From positions 11,309 to 75,308 of the forward strand of contig ASZN01000014.1 of the NCBI GenBank assembly GCA_000406005.1: a stretch of 64,000 nt of DNA. The letters run 5' to 3'. Both the position numbers and the translations under genes were made by a program. Every line of letters starts with the position of its first letter. Position 1 is the first letter of the stretch. This DNA is from Candidatus Poribacteria bacterium WGA-3G (GTDB taxonomy: Bacteria > Poribacteria > WGA-4E > WGA-3G). Shown here piece after piece: positions 44,475-54,851 of the stretch. The notes under the pieces were generated by a model. The model searched no databases. It was given only the letters and a program-made list of their open reading frames with translations, and was not told the origin of the DNA.

Positions 44475-45847
44475 GTTATTTTCAGAGGTTTATACCTTGG
44501 AAGTGCCCTATCGCTAGCGAACATAAGACCTGCACAGAGCCAGAAATAGAAACCGTAGCCTCGAAACTCAAGTGTTCGGTTGAAGAAAAGCAGGAATACG
44601 GTAACTGCGACGAGACAGAGCATGATGATTGCGACCTGTTGTGTCAAGCGAGAAGTAGAGGGAGTCTGTTCTACGAGAGATGACGTACTGACGGAGCGTT
44701 GGTAAAGGTTCAATGCGTAGCGAAAAAGTTTGTAAAATATCATAGCGAAAAAACCGAGTCCCAATATCCCGTAAAAACAGAGGATCGCCACCCAATATAC
44801 ATCCTTGAATCCTTCCTTACTCAGGACTTTCAGAAGGAACGAACGTTGACTCATATTGAGTCTTTCAATCGTGGTGTTTTGGTCTGCGCCGTAGCCTAAG
44901 ATCGGTTTGTTGACGAGGACAGTCGGGACGTTCCCGATTAATGCGCCGAGTCTCTGTTTTTGGGCAATACGAACATAGTCTCCAGAAAATACACCTGTCA
45001 CGTTTCCGACAAGACCGACCCTTGCTTTGCGGGGGTTTATGTATTCAAGGTTGAACGGGTTTGCGACTGCTAACAATAGGCCGAAGACTACCACCGTCAC
45101 ACCTGCCAGTTGGAGCGTTTTTTTCCATCCATAATGAAAATAATACCACGCGCCACCCGCGAGGAGTGCGGAGAATGTGGCGGCGCGCGAATATGAACGT
45201 GCAATAAAGAAGAATAGCACCGCTGCACCGAGTAGGTTCAGATACTCCAATCGCCGGATACGCGATAGATAGACAATGAGCACAAGGATCATAAAGACCC
45301 CGTAAATCACGGTGTCGCCTAAAGTTCCGTAGATACTGCCAATCTCCCTGCCGACTTCAAGTAGTCTGTATTCTTTGGTAAAACCGCCGATGCTGAGTGT
45401 TGATTCTCGCGGTAGGAAGAAATCAAACGCGGCGGGCCCCCCTATCCATTGAATAAGACCTGCAGTGAGTTGGAATATACCGATACCGAGGATTATTCGC
45501 AAAAACGTTTCTATTTTTCTGTCAGATAGTGAAGAGTTCACAACTAAATAAAAGAGTACGATATATCGAGCCAATGGTCGAACGTTGTAAAGACTCCCCA
45601 TCAACGGAGAATTGTTTACCAGTATTGAAAGCAGGACAACGCTATAAAACCCTATAACTGGCAAATCGATGGCTGTCTTGACGAATGGGATACCTCTATA
45701 GAGTTTATGGATAACGAGTTTTCCGAAGGCGACATATATTAGAATTTCACCGAGGAACCTTAAATAGGAGTAGAGGGTATCGCTAACCGGCAAAAATTTC
45801 AGTATAAACTCTTCAAAAGCGATGTATCCTGTTAGAAAGTAAATCAT
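44468..45847 (-). CDS. O-antigen ligase/polymerase (Wzy-like) family membrane protein
   Basis: 459 aa with about 10-12 TM segments and a central loop, with an ..RSYSRAATFSALL.. region. Confidence 0.6.
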   Translation of the reverse strand: MIYFLTGYIAFEEFILKFLPVSDTLYSYLRFLGEILIYVAFGKLVIHKLYRGIPFVKTAIDLPVIGFYSVVLLSILVNNSPLMGSLYNVRPLARYIVLFYLVVNSSLSDRKIETFLRIILGIGIFQLTAGLIQWIGGPAAFDFFLPRESTLSIGGFTKEYRLLEVGREIGSIYGTLGDTVIYGVFMILVLIVYLSRIRRLEYLNLLGAAVLFFFIARSYSRAATFSALLAGGAWYYFHYGWKKTLQLAGVTVVVFGLLLAVANPFNLEYINPRKARVGLVGNVTGVFSGDYVRIAQKQRLGALIGNVPTVLVNKPILGYGADQNTTIERLNMSQRSFLLKVLSKEGFKDVYWVAILCFYGILGLGFFAMIFYKLFRYALNLYQRSVSTSSLVEQTPSTSRLTQQVAIIMLCLVAVTVFLLFFNRTLEFRGYGFYFWLCAGLMFASDRALPRYKPLKITL

Positions 45848-45977
45848 ATTTTGCTTATTGGTTAATGGTTATAAGTTGTTGGTTAAAGAGGCATACTGTA
45901 ACAATTCACAGCCTCTTGGAGTCCGCCAAGTTGCGGCAGATTGTTACAAAAGCGGCTCTTAACTAATCACTTATAAC
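45848..45977. repeat. 130-bp nested inverted-repeat element filling an intergenic gap
   Basis: Outer heptamer-like arms. Boxes TTAAAGAGGC (45883-92) and GCGGCTCTTAA. Inner inverted repeat TGTAACAAT (45897-905) / ATTGTTACA (45940-48). Confidence 0.6.
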
Positions 45978-46898
45978 TTATAACCAATCCGTCAGGTCTC
46001 TGTCTAACAATTCAGCTAATTGTTCGTTAAAGGGTTTAAAATACGCCATCTGGCGTTCGCGTGTCTCTGGATTGAGCGGTGGTGTAGCCGATTCCGTATC
46101 TTTCTGGGGTTTGTCGTTCCAATCGAGAACGGCTTTCCGTAATTTGTAAGCGGCGGCATCCGGTATAAGTTTCCGAATAGTTCTTCTCAGCGGGTTATGA
46201 GATGCCAGAAATTGCGTAAACAGATAGTTGAAGCGTTCGGAACGCGGCATGGCAGCTTGGTTATGTCTTTCACCGATGACGGGTTTAAAATCGGTGCGTA
46301 CACCGATATGATGAAATATCTGTTGGCAAACGGCTCCGGCATCCTCTTTCAGATCATCCGTCAGCATGCAAAGCACACGGTTTGAACCGAATTGGGTTAT
46401 CAGATTCTTGACATGCGGATAATAGATACTGTTGTACTGATATGCACACTGTCGCCATTTAAACCAGTCTTCGTTTATACGCGCTTCTTCAGCGGCGAGT
46501 GCGTCTTCATAAGTTTTGATGTTCTCCCAGCCTCTTCGCCGCGCCCACCAATATGCAGAGTATGCGCGTGCTACAGGCTCTCGTAGAAGAACAACGAGGT
46601 GTATGTTCGGGTTGTGTTGATAAATTCGCTGCATGACTTCCGGTGAATGCATTACCATCACATTTTTAGCGATAAGCTGCTTATCTTCAATTTTGCTGTG
46701 GTCATTTTCAGCAGCAAAGTACTTGATAAAAGCCCGTTCATAACCCCGCGTGTATTCGCGCGCCTGGAGGAAAAACGTCATCTCTGGCTGCGGATGCGTA
46801 TGGATATCCGGGTGTTGCGCTAAGTAGCGGAGCAGTGAAGATGTTCCTGACTTTTGCGCCCCGACAATCATTAATCGGATTCTTTTAGCGGTTTCCAT
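45978..46898 (-). CDS. sulfotransferase (Sulfotransfer_1-like)
   Basis: Contains LMIVGAQKSGTSSL and VVLLREPVARAYSAY. Confidence 0.85.
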   Translation of the reverse strand: METAKRIRLMIVGAQKSGTSSLLRYLAQHPDIHTHPQPEMTFFLQAREYTRGYERAFIKYFAAENDHSKIEDKQLIAKNVMVMHSPEVMQRIYQHNPNIHLVVLLREPVARAYSAYWWARRRGWENIKTYEDALAAEEARINEDWFKWRQCAYQYNSIYYPHVKNLITQFGSNRVLCMLTDDLKEDAGAVCQQIFHHIGVRTDFKPVIGERHNQAAMPRSERFNYLFTQFLASHNPLRRTIRKLIPDAAAYKLRKAVLDWNDKPQKDTESATPPLNPETRERQMAYFKPFNEQLAELLDRDLTDWL

Positions 46899-47809
46899 GG
46901 TAGCGGTTTCCCTATTAATTCGGAGAGGGTATCAATATCAGATTGATAATAGTCCACTAAACGATGTCGCGTCTCTTCCGATATCAGGGTCTCCTCGTCT
47001 ATCTGTGTATTCAGGTGGAGATAGAGGGGTTCTATTGTTCGTCTGATCATGCGTAACGGATTATGAATAATCGGTTTGTCGTGTGTCCACTGCCGCAATC
47101 GAAATCGGAAGTCCCTATATTTTTGATGCAGCTCGGAGTTACGCATTTTTTCGGTGCGATTTGTTCGTTTAAAAGTGTAGTTCGCGTAAAAATCGGCATC
47201 TATACCGGCGAAGTTACATAAACTCGCCATTACTTGTGCGGGTTGCGTTGCTAATTCTTCGTAAAAGAGTATGTGAATACGCATTGTACCTAATTGGCTA
47301 AGGTATGGTTTCAGATAGATAGTATAACACCCTTGCTGAAGTGTTTGCAAGTGCTGTTCTTCTGCGGCGTTGCGTTCTGAGGCAGCAAATAGTCGTTCGA
47401 CATAAGCATCGAAACTGAGCGTTTCTGGCAATTTACCGATCTGCTTCGCAAAGCGGTACCATGAAATTAACCTCGAAATCGGTTCACGCAAGCTGAAGAC
47501 CAACTTTGCATAAGGCAGGAACTCGGTGATTCTCTCACGTGCCTTTTCACAATAGAGGTAATCAGGGGTTGATTCCATCCGTAACTGTGTTTCACTACAG
47601 TTAGGAAACAGGGAGGCATACGCTTCAATATCACCTTTGTATCGATATTTTGAAGGGAGTGGATAGTCGCTGCTGAGAAAGAATCGTGTCTCCTTATAGG
47701 TGGCGGCGCAAATAGCGGGATGGTCAGTCAGATAGGTAAAAAGTGATGTTGTTGCGGCTTTTGTTGTGCCGCCTACGATGAGATAGTTGTAATCCGCTAC
47801 GCTTTTCAT
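46871..47809 (-). CDS. sulfotransferase
   Basis: Contains YLIVGGTTKAATTSL and VFSLREPISRLISWY. Confidence 0.8.
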   Translation of the reverse strand: MKSVADYNYLIVGGTTKAATTSLFTYLTDHPAICAATYKETRFFLSSDYPLPSKYRYKGDIEAYASLFPNCSETQLRMESTPDYLYCEKARERITEFLPYAKLVFSLREPISRLISWYRFAKQIGKLPETLSFDAYVERLFAASERNAAEEQHLQTLQQGCYTIYLKPYLSQLGTMRIHILFYEELATQPAQVMASLCNFAGIDADFYANYTFKRTNRTEKMRNSELHQKYRDFRFRLRQWTHDKPIIHNPLRMIRRTIEPLYLHLNTQIDEETLISEETRHRLVDYYQSDIDTLSELIGKPLPWKPLKESD

Positions 47810-47890
47810 AATAGTTTTCAGTTATCAGTGGTCAGTTTTCAGTTAAAGAGGCGTGTTGTAGGGACAGTCTCCTATTCGCCGACAATTCTT

Positions 47891-49204
47891 CTAAAACCAA
47901 GAGACCCGCGTCCTTCGGAGGAGGTACGTCAGGTTTCCGACAGCAAGGAGTGCGGTAACGGATACGGACAGTGCGACACCGAGGATCCACCATGTTTTGA
48001 TTAATCCGTACGCAATAAGAAAATTAAGCAGTGCCATTGCTATCATATTTACGAAAATAGGCCGGTACGCCTTTTGTGCGTAAAGTCCTGCATTTAGCAC
48101 AGGGATGAGACAAGAGAATAGCATACCAGCACTGAGCCAGAAGAGGAGTTGTCCTATCAGTTCCACTACGGTATCATCACGTTCAGCCCGTCCGTATATG
48201 AACCCACTAATTTTTTCGTAAAATATCAGCATGAACAAGGTTGCCAAGAACCCGATGATTATAGCGGCGCGTGCATTTCGGTTGAGTGTCTGTTCCAATT
48301 GTCGTTTATCGTTTACTGCGTTGTTGGCTGCCATATCGGGCAAGCCTGTTGTCGCGATACTTGTACCGATGAGTGTCTGTAACGCGGAGAAGATCCGGAA
48401 GGCAGCGTCATAGAGTGCAATAATTCCTTCTCCAAGTTTTGAGACGAGATATATTTCAACCAACAAGCGGTTCGTAATTTGTCGGATGGCGAAGCCGAGT
48501 GTCGGTAAGGTCACACTGTTTTTCAAAGCATGTAGTGTATCGAGAGAGATGCCTGTAACCTCATACCGGTGTCCAGTCTGGTACGCTCCGATACATAACC
48601 AAGTAAAATATGCGATAAAGCCGCCGGTATAAGCCATCGCGACATAGTTTTCAAGGTTTTGTGTATCCCATAGGAGTAAAAAGACGACTCCGGCGATCCC
48701 GGCAGGTAACGCGTTTCGGAGGGCAACGGTTTTAAAACGCTGTAGACTGTTCAGGAAGGCTCCGAGTACCGTGCTACCGCATCCGAATATGATGAGTGGT
48801 GCGAAGCGTCGTAACAGTCCTGTTACCCTCTGAGGATTGATAGTTGGTTTCCCTAACAATCCAGCGGTTATCCATGGTGCGAGAAGTTCAATGAGAGCAA
48901 AGATCGCAAAACCGACACCGATTAAAAAAAAGAGGAGTCCATTTGTGAAACGTCTGTATTCTGTGTGAGTCAATTCCTTTTTGCGTGTAACAAAGAGTGG
49001 TACAAGACTAAATTTAGCACCTTCTCGGACAATCGTATCAACGACTAATACAATTTTCAATGCGGTTATAATCTCATCAGCGATGCCGCTGAAACCGAAT
49101 CGCGTTGGGATCAAAATAGAACGAACGAGGAGGCTCAACCCCATCCCAGCGAAGGTAATGATCATTACCCAAAAGGTTTTGTGCTGTAGGAGTTTTTTGA
49201 GCAT
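47891..49204 (-). CDS. MOP-superfamily polysaccharide flippase (Wzx/MurJ-like)
   Basis: About 12-14 TM segments. The start is uncertain: ATG 49204, or TTG 49231 as in the track. Confidence 0.65.
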   Translation of the reverse strand: MLKKLLQHKTFWVMIITFAGMGLSLLVRSILIPTRFGFSGIADEIITALKIVLVVDTIVREGAKFSLVPLFVTRKKELTHTEYRRFTNGLLFFLIGVGFAIFALIELLAPWITAGLLGKPTINPQRVTGLLRRFAPLIIFGCGSTVLGAFLNSLQRFKTVALRNALPAGIAGVVFLLLWDTQNLENYVAMAYTGGFIAYFTWLCIGAYQTGHRYEVTGISLDTLHALKNSVTLPTLGFAIRQITNRLLVEIYLVSKLGEGIIALYDAAFRIFSALQTLIGTSIATTGLPDMAANNAVNDKRQLEQTLNRNARAAIIIGFLATLFMLIFYEKISGFIYGRAERDDTVVELIGQLLFWLSAGMLFSCLIPVLNAGLYAQKAYRPIFVNMIAMALLNFLIAYGLIKTWWILGVALSVSVTALLAVGNLTYLLRRTRVSWF

Positions 49205-49233
49205 AGCGATTGTCGGGTTACGGATGGACAAAC

Positions 49234-50229
49234 CTATTTCCAGCCATCGGGTAGATTTTTGCGAATTTCAATGTCACTAAATTCGGTAGCCGGACGTGGT
49301 CCAACCGATTTAGCCCACATTGCCATGCGACGAAGCCCCTCGTCTAATGCGACTTGCGATGTTTTTCCGAAAACCTGCTGAAACCTCTCATGGGAACAAT
49401 AGGCGTGTTTAACCTCCTCCCTCGCGTGAACATTAATGACAGGCACTTCCCTATCCATAGCTGTCATCACTAAATCTGCTAGCTCGTTGACTGAGACGTG
49501 TTCATCCGAACCGAGGTTAAAAATTTGCCCCGATGCCTCCGATATATCCACAGCACGGGCGATGTGTGGAGCGACATCTGCGATATGTGTGAAGGCGCGC
49601 GTCTGCTCTCCATCTCCAAAAATGCGCAGCGGCTTATCCTGCATAATGTTGTTCATGAAGATACCGATAACGTTTCGATACTTGTCGCTGATATTCTGGA
49701 GTTCACCATAAACGTTGTGCGGACGGAAAATCGTATAATCCAAACCGAAGAGCCGTTTGGAGACAGCGAGTTCCTGTTCTACGGCATATTTAGCAATACC
49801 GTAGGAATCTTCTGGCATCGGTGTGAGTGCTTCGTGCATCGGGAGTTGGTTCTCTCCATAAACAGCGATAGAAGAAGTGAACACAAACCGCTTGACATTG
49901 TGGTTTATTGCTGCATTGATGAGGTTTACACTTCCAATCAGGTTATTCTGATAGTTAAATCGTTTGATGAAGTGGCTGAGCCCTTCGGCTGCGTAGGCAG
50001 CGAGATGATAGATATAGTCGAATTTATATTGCTCACAGAGCCGATTTATCAGCGCAACATCAAGGATGCTTCCCTCAACGAAAGTTGAGGTGGAATTAAG
50101 GTTCTCTCGGAAACCACCGCTGAGGTCGTCAAGTGCGACAACATCTGTATCACCACGACGGAGGAGTTCGTCAACGACGTGGGCGCCCATAAAGCCTGCG
50201 CCGCCCGTAACCAATGCGTTTTTTTTCAT
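49234..50229 (-). CDS. NAD-dependent epimerase/dehydratase (extended SDR)
   Basis: Contains VTGGAGFMGAHVV and YGIAKYA. Confidence 0.9.
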   Translation of the reverse strand: MKKNALVTGGAGFMGAHVVDELLRRGDTDVVALDDLSGGFRENLNSTSTFVEGSILDVALINRLCEQYKFDYIYHLAAYAAEGLSHFIKRFNYQNNLIGSVNLINAAINHNVKRFVFTSSIAVYGENQLPMHEALTPMPEDSYGIAKYAVEQELAVSKRLFGLDYTIFRPHNVYGELQNISDKYRNVIGIFMNNIMQDKPLRIFGDGEQTRAFTHIADVAPHIARAVDISEASGQIFNLGSDEHVSVNELADLVMTAMDREVPVINVHAREEVKHAYCSHERFQQVFGKTSQVALDEGLRRMAMWAKSVGPRPATEFSDIEIRKNLPDGWK

Positions 50230-50239
50230 GCTTTGCCCT

Positions 50240-52849
50240 TTACTTTAATACGACGAGTCGTTTTGTCTGTTTGAACGTTGGCGTTGTCAATTCGTAGATA
50301 TAGACCCCGCTTGCTACTTGTTCTCCGAGTTCGTTTCTGCCGTCCCAATACGCTGCTCGACTGCGCTCCAGATAATACCCAGAAGTTTGATGTCCAGAGA
50401 AAAGCGTCCGCACGGTTTTGCCTTTCGTATTATAGATGCGTATGGTGATTTCGGCATCTACCGCGAGTTGATACGGTATCCATGTCTCTGGATTAAAAGG
50501 GTTCGGATAGTTAGGATAGAGTTTCGTCTGCAAGGGACCCTCAGCAGGCATCAGCAGATGCCTCAAGAAACGTCTTACCCGCTCTATTTGTGTAGTGCCT
50601 TCTGGCATTTCTTCAATTTTTTGGTAAAAAGCGTGAAGGAGGTCAATATCAGCGTCTGACAGTGTAGCGGTACGATTTGAAATAATATTTTGCGTCGGTG
50701 CCGCAGCACCGTTTTGATTTTCCTCAATGATTTCAATAATGTGAACCAGGTCTTCAATGTTGACCTGTCCATCATTGTTGGTATCAACGCGTGGGTTTGT
50801 AGGTGGACTTTCTCCAAAGTGAACCAGGACGCTAAGTAGATCAAGTATATCCACGAGTCCATCCCGATTGACGTCCCCCGGAATTACTGTTTGCACACCG
50901 TCCTCAACGACATGTAATACTTGGTTCACTGGTACGTCGGTCAACTTTTGGAGGACACCGCTTGGCCAGTGAATGACCAATTCGCTGACGGTTTCATTCT
51001 GCGCGAGTCCAAAATGGATACGTTTCTGGTCTTGTTGGCACCAATGTATACCTCCGCCGTTTTCTCGTAACTGGGTTTTCCCATCAGGTGTGGTTGCGAA
51101 AAGCCTTGCGCCGATCCCATCACGATTTGAGATAGTTCCTTCCAAGTCAACCTGTAGCCAATTGTTACTATTACTGGTAGTATTCCGGTAAAGCTGATCA
51201 GGTCCTTCGTTAAAGGGGTACGCGCCTCTACCATTGGTCACAAAGAGGTCGAGGTATCCGTCCCTATCGTAGTCAGCCATTGTGACACTCATTCCTCTTC
51301 CTTCTGTGCTTCCTTCTGCACCACCAGCCCCTGATAATTGGTGAAAAGTTCCGTCCCCTTGATTTTCGTAAAGATGATTTGGGAAATTGCTGGTGCTACT
51401 TGAGCGAACGACATAAAGGTCAACGTCCATATCATTGTCGAAGTCGCCAGCGGTAGCCGAATATCCGTCAAGTGCCTGAAAAAAAGTAGGTACCGGGGCA
51501 AATTTATTTTCCTGACTGGTTAAAAGAACTGAGCGTGGCTGGTAAGAGAGATCATATACAGAAAAGTTAATGGGTTCTACTTCAACTATTGGTTGATTCG
51601 CCTCTATAAGTGCTTCAAGTCCGGTCCAATTCGTTTGGATATCGGGATCTGTATGGTACAATAGGGTCCACCGATCTGAGTTTGGGTTGTATCCGATGTA
51701 CATGCCCCAGAGTTCGTTTGCCGGACGCGGTTTGAGTCCGACGACTCTTGGATCGTCTGGAGTCAATGCGAATAAGAAGGAGGCAACATTTCGAATAGGA
51801 TCGTTCGGAATAAATTCGCCGTTAAATGCTGTCAGCCGATGTCCCTCTTCACCAATAGATAAGTGGTTTAATCGTGTTGCCCAAACGGTATGAATTTCAA
51901 ATCGGACTTCACCGCGTGTCTTAAAACTGAACCCTTTTTCACCGCTGTTAACTTGAATGTATGTTCTGATTTGATGTTCGTTTTCTGTGTCAATATAGTT
52001 ACGTGCGATCCCACGTGTAAGGAATGCATCAGTGAGTAGGTCCCCGTTGAAATCCACGAATATTGCATCTCGGACATCATAGAGGAGTTTTGGAATGTAA
52101 AAAACTTCACTTAATTCTTTAAACGGTTTAACCGATATATCATATACGCCTCCTGGATAAGGCCTGCCATCAATAAGTATCTCCATGCTTCCATCGCCAG
52201 TTATATCTGTCATCTGCGCTAATGAAGTATCTTTAGTAATTTGGAAACCCGATATTTCATTAACATTAGCGAAACTGCTGGGTGTCTGGGCAAAGATCGT
52301 TGAAGTTACGAGGTTACTTACGCTATCGCGACGGACCCAGCCGGTGACAAGCAGATCCAATCGTCCGTCGCCGTTCCAGTCGAACCAAAGCGGTGATCTA
52401 CCGCGAAGTAGTGGGAGTGATATACCGAATTCCGCAGCTTTCTCTACAAGTACGCCACCCTCATTAACATAAAAATGATTGCTAAACTTGGTATTCGTAG
52501 GGTTTGTTCCGCCGCCGCCGCCGGATAAGACGATAAGGTCTTGGTCGCCGTCATTATCATAATCTGCCCACGCCACACCGTGTGTATCTGCGTCCGGATT
52601 TGCGTTCCAGACCTCATTAATAATGTCTGTGAAAGTTCCATCACCGTTGTTACGATAGAGACTCGGCTTGTGTTTGTGGTTCGTCGCCCATAAATCCAAA
52701 TATCCGTCGCCATCGAAATCGCCCCAAGCGTTTCCCCAACTTTCACCGATTCGCGTAATTCCGGCTTGGTGTGACACTTCTTCAAATTGGATTTCACTCC
52801 ATGCGGGAATCAGAAAAGAGAAAAACGACAATAATATTAAAATTCGCAT
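50240..52849 (-). CDS. FG-GAP/VCBS repeat plus ASPIC/UnbV protein with a dockerin-like module and a T9SS-type CTD
   Basis: Signal peptide. Repeated DxDxDG motifs (FDGDGYLDLW, DYDNDGDQDL, DWNGDGRLDLL, DYDRDGYLDLF). UnbV-like DGIGARLFATT...IHWPSG. Dockerin-like GDVNRDGLVDILDLL and DTNNDGQVNIEDLV. CTD sequence NYPNPFNPETWIPY. Confidence 0.85.
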   Translation of the reverse strand: MRILILLSFFSFLIPAWSEIQFEEVSHQAGITRIGESWGNAWGDFDGDGYLDLWATNHKHKPSLYRNNGDGTFTDIINEVWNANPDADTHGVAWADYDNDGDQDLIVLSGGGGGTNPTNTKFSNHFYVNEGGVLVEKAAEFGISLPLLRGRSPLWFDWNGDGRLDLLVTGWVRRDSVSNLVTSTIFAQTPSSFANVNEISGFQITKDTSLAQMTDITGDGSMEILIDGRPYPGGVYDISVKPFKELSEVFYIPKLLYDVRDAIFVDFNGDLLTDAFLTRGIARNYIDTENEHQIRTYIQVNSGEKGFSFKTRGEVRFEIHTVWATRLNHLSIGEEGHRLTAFNGEFIPNDPIRNVASFLFALTPDDPRVVGLKPRPANELWGMYIGYNPNSDRWTLLYHTDPDIQTNWTGLEALIEANQPIVEVEPINFSVYDLSYQPRSVLLTSQENKFAPVPTFFQALDGYSATAGDFDNDMDVDLYVVRSSSTSNFPNHLYENQGDGTFHQLSGAGGAEGSTEGRGMSVTMADYDRDGYLDLFVTNGRGAYPFNEGPDQLYRNTTSNSNNWLQVDLEGTISNRDGIGARLFATTPDGKTQLRENGGGIHWCQQDQKRIHFGLAQNETVSELVIHWPSGVLQKLTDVPVNQVLHVVEDGVQTVIPGDVNRDGLVDILDLLSVLVHFGESPPTNPRVDTNNDGQVNIEDLVHIIEIIEENQNGAAAPTQNIISNRTATLSDADIDLLHAFYQKIEEMPEGTTQIERVRRFLRHLLMPAEGPLQTKLYPNYPNPFNPETWIPYQLAVDAEITIRIYNTKGKTVRTLFSGHQTSGYYLERSRAAYWDGRNELGEQVASGVYIYELTTPTFKQTKRLVVLK

Positions 52850-53493
52850 TTTTCCTCTTTACCTTTGCTCCAACGTTTAGATTGTTGCGTAAGTCCTATC
52901 ATATTCGTTTTTAATAGGACATTGTTGTCCAATTTACCTTTTGATGCTATGAGTGAACCGGGAACCCGTACGTGCAAAAGACTGGGATCTTTAATAGCTT
53001 TAAGCCGTTTCGCTATCGTTAGTTTCGGGACATCTTCGCAGACCATGACCCCCGGTGTGGCACATAGTGATGTATACATCCTAAAAAATGCAACTTGTTG
53101 GTCGTGTATATGTTCGGCATCATCAATCAGAAGATGATAGGGCCCGTGACGGGCGGCATCTTGTACGCCTTGCTCGGTGTATGCGTCAACTTTAAGAAAA
53201 ACGCCTTTCTCCCCAAAATCTTCCTGAATTGGATTTACATCAAGCCCTACAAATTTCTCTACAAACGGCATCTTTGCAAAAGCGTGCCCACTGCCTTCAC
53301 CAAACATAGTGACCCCTATTTCTAAGACGCGTATAGGCTGCATCCTATTTTGAAAAAGAAGCGAGGCAAACAGCCAGTCATACAGGTTTCCATAATCGTG
53401 GCGAACGCCTGTTTTGTCAGAATTAGATTCATCGAAATAAGCTGAAGGTGGTTTCTCTGAAAAACGGTCTACCAAAGATATCTCTGAAGCCAT
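52837..53493 (-). CDS. class I SAM-dependent methyltransferase-like protein
   Basis: Contains RVLEIGV..GEGSG, FVGLDVN and LLIDDAEH. This is a weak motif-level call. Confidence 0.4.
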   Translation of the reverse strand: MASEISLVDRFSEKPPSAYFDESNSDKTGVRHDYGNLYDWLFASLLFQNRMQPIRVLEIGVTMFGEGSGHAFAKMPFVEKFVGLDVNPIQEDFGEKGVFLKVDAYTEQGVQDAARHGPYHLLIDDAEHIHDQQVAFFRMYTSLCATPGVMVCEDVPKLTIAKRLKAIKDPSLLHVRVPGSLIASKGKLDNNVLLKTNMIGLTQQSKRWSKGKEEKCEF

Positions 53494-53524
53494 GCTTCAC
53501 GTGTCTCCTTATGATTTGATTCCA

Positions 53525-54727
53525 TTACAAAAACTTCCGATATACATCCATAATTTTTTCATAGTGAATGTCGGCATTAAATTTTGTTTCCATTTTTTTT
53601 CGAGCGGCGTTACCCATCTCTGTCACTTCGGTTTTATGTTCGTACATCCATAGTAAACGGTCACGTAATAATTCATGTTCTCCGGGTGGCACCAAAAGCC
53701 CATCGACCTCATTTTCTATCAATTCTGGTATCCCGCCTATATTTGCGCCGATTACGGGTTTGCCGTAAGCAAAGGATTCTAAAACGGCCATCGGGCAATT
53801 TTCATACCATTCGGATGGCAAAATTGTGCACATACTGTTTAGAATCAATTCACGGAGTTCCTCGCCCTGTTTAAAACCCAAGAGGTGAATATGTTTGCAC
53901 CCGTTTTCTTCTATCATTTGCTGGACTTCAGATATTGCTTCGCCATCCCCAGCGATATAGAGAGGGATCTGTTTAAGTGGAGCTGCTGCCTTTATCAATG
54001 TTAGAATACCTTTGCTTCGATCCACCCGCCCAAAATAAAGGACATATTCACCGACAGAAAAATTTGGGACGATGTCAGAGACATCTGTAAAGTTATGAAT
54101 TGTTGAAATCTTATTTTCAGGAATCCCGTACTGTATCATTTTTTTCCTGAGAAAATGGGACACTGAAATAAAATGATCGAATTTATCGACTGAACCGAGG
54201 AAACGAGAGACATAGGATTCAGTGACACTCAGTGCTGTGCGCGCGAGTGAACGCCTATTGCACCGCTTTGGAAGTGCACGCCGAAAATATTTCCCTTCAC
54301 ATGCTTCACAAATTTCATCGCTTGACAAATGCGTAGCCACTGGGCAAGTTAACTTATAATCGTGTAACGTCTGAATAAGGGGTATACCGGTTTTTTTTAG
54401 GCTACCCAAAATTGAGGCAGTTAGTTTACCGTGGTAGATATGAAAGTGCGCGATATCTACGTTTGTATTGCCTAATAACTTCTGCATTGATTTCATGGCA
54501 TCGCGTGAATATACAAAACGTAGTAGGTCGCCAGTTCCGGGTCGCTCGAAATCCGCACCGCGCGGAAAATAATCCTCCCATTCGGACGGTTCATTCTTGG
54601 TGCTCGCGGCTGTAAAAGGGATGACTTGATGTCCATGCTTTTTCAACAGTTCAGCAAGAACAAAAAAGTATCGGTCGGAGCCGCCGCGGACATGATAATT
54701 TTGTGAGACATTTAGAATAGTGTGCAT
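53525..54727 (-). CDS. GT4-family glycosyltransferase
   Basis: Contains MHTILNVSQNYHVRGGSDRY... and PSEWYENCPMAVLESFAYGKPVIGANIGGIPELI. ATG at 54727; the track's start is a GTG at 54769. Confidence 0.85.
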   Translation of the reverse strand: MHTILNVSQNYHVRGGSDRYFFVLAELLKKHGHQVIPFTAASTKNEPSEWEDYFPRGADFERPGTGDLLRFVYSRDAMKSMQKLLGNTNVDIAHFHIYHGKLTASILGSLKKTGIPLIQTLHDYKLTCPVATHLSSDEICEACEGKYFRRALPKRCNRRSLARTALSVTESYVSRFLGSVDKFDHFISVSHFLRKKMIQYGIPENKISTIHNFTDVSDIVPNFSVGEYVLYFGRVDRSKGILTLIKAAAPLKQIPLYIAGDGEAISEVQQMIEENGCKHIHLLGFKQGEELRELILNSMCTILPSEWYENCPMAVLESFAYGKPVIGANIGGIPELIENEVDGLLVPPGEHELLRDRLLWMYEHKTEVTEMGNAARKKMETKFNADIHYEKIMDVYRKFL

Positions 54728-54851
54728 TCTATTAGGGTCGATGATGTTCTGGTTTTTAGGTTTTGGCACGACAACACCTCAGAGATTGTGAGAAAAGGCA
54801 TTCGATATCCGGATATGGTAATATACGGAACACAAAATGTCAAGTTTCAAG

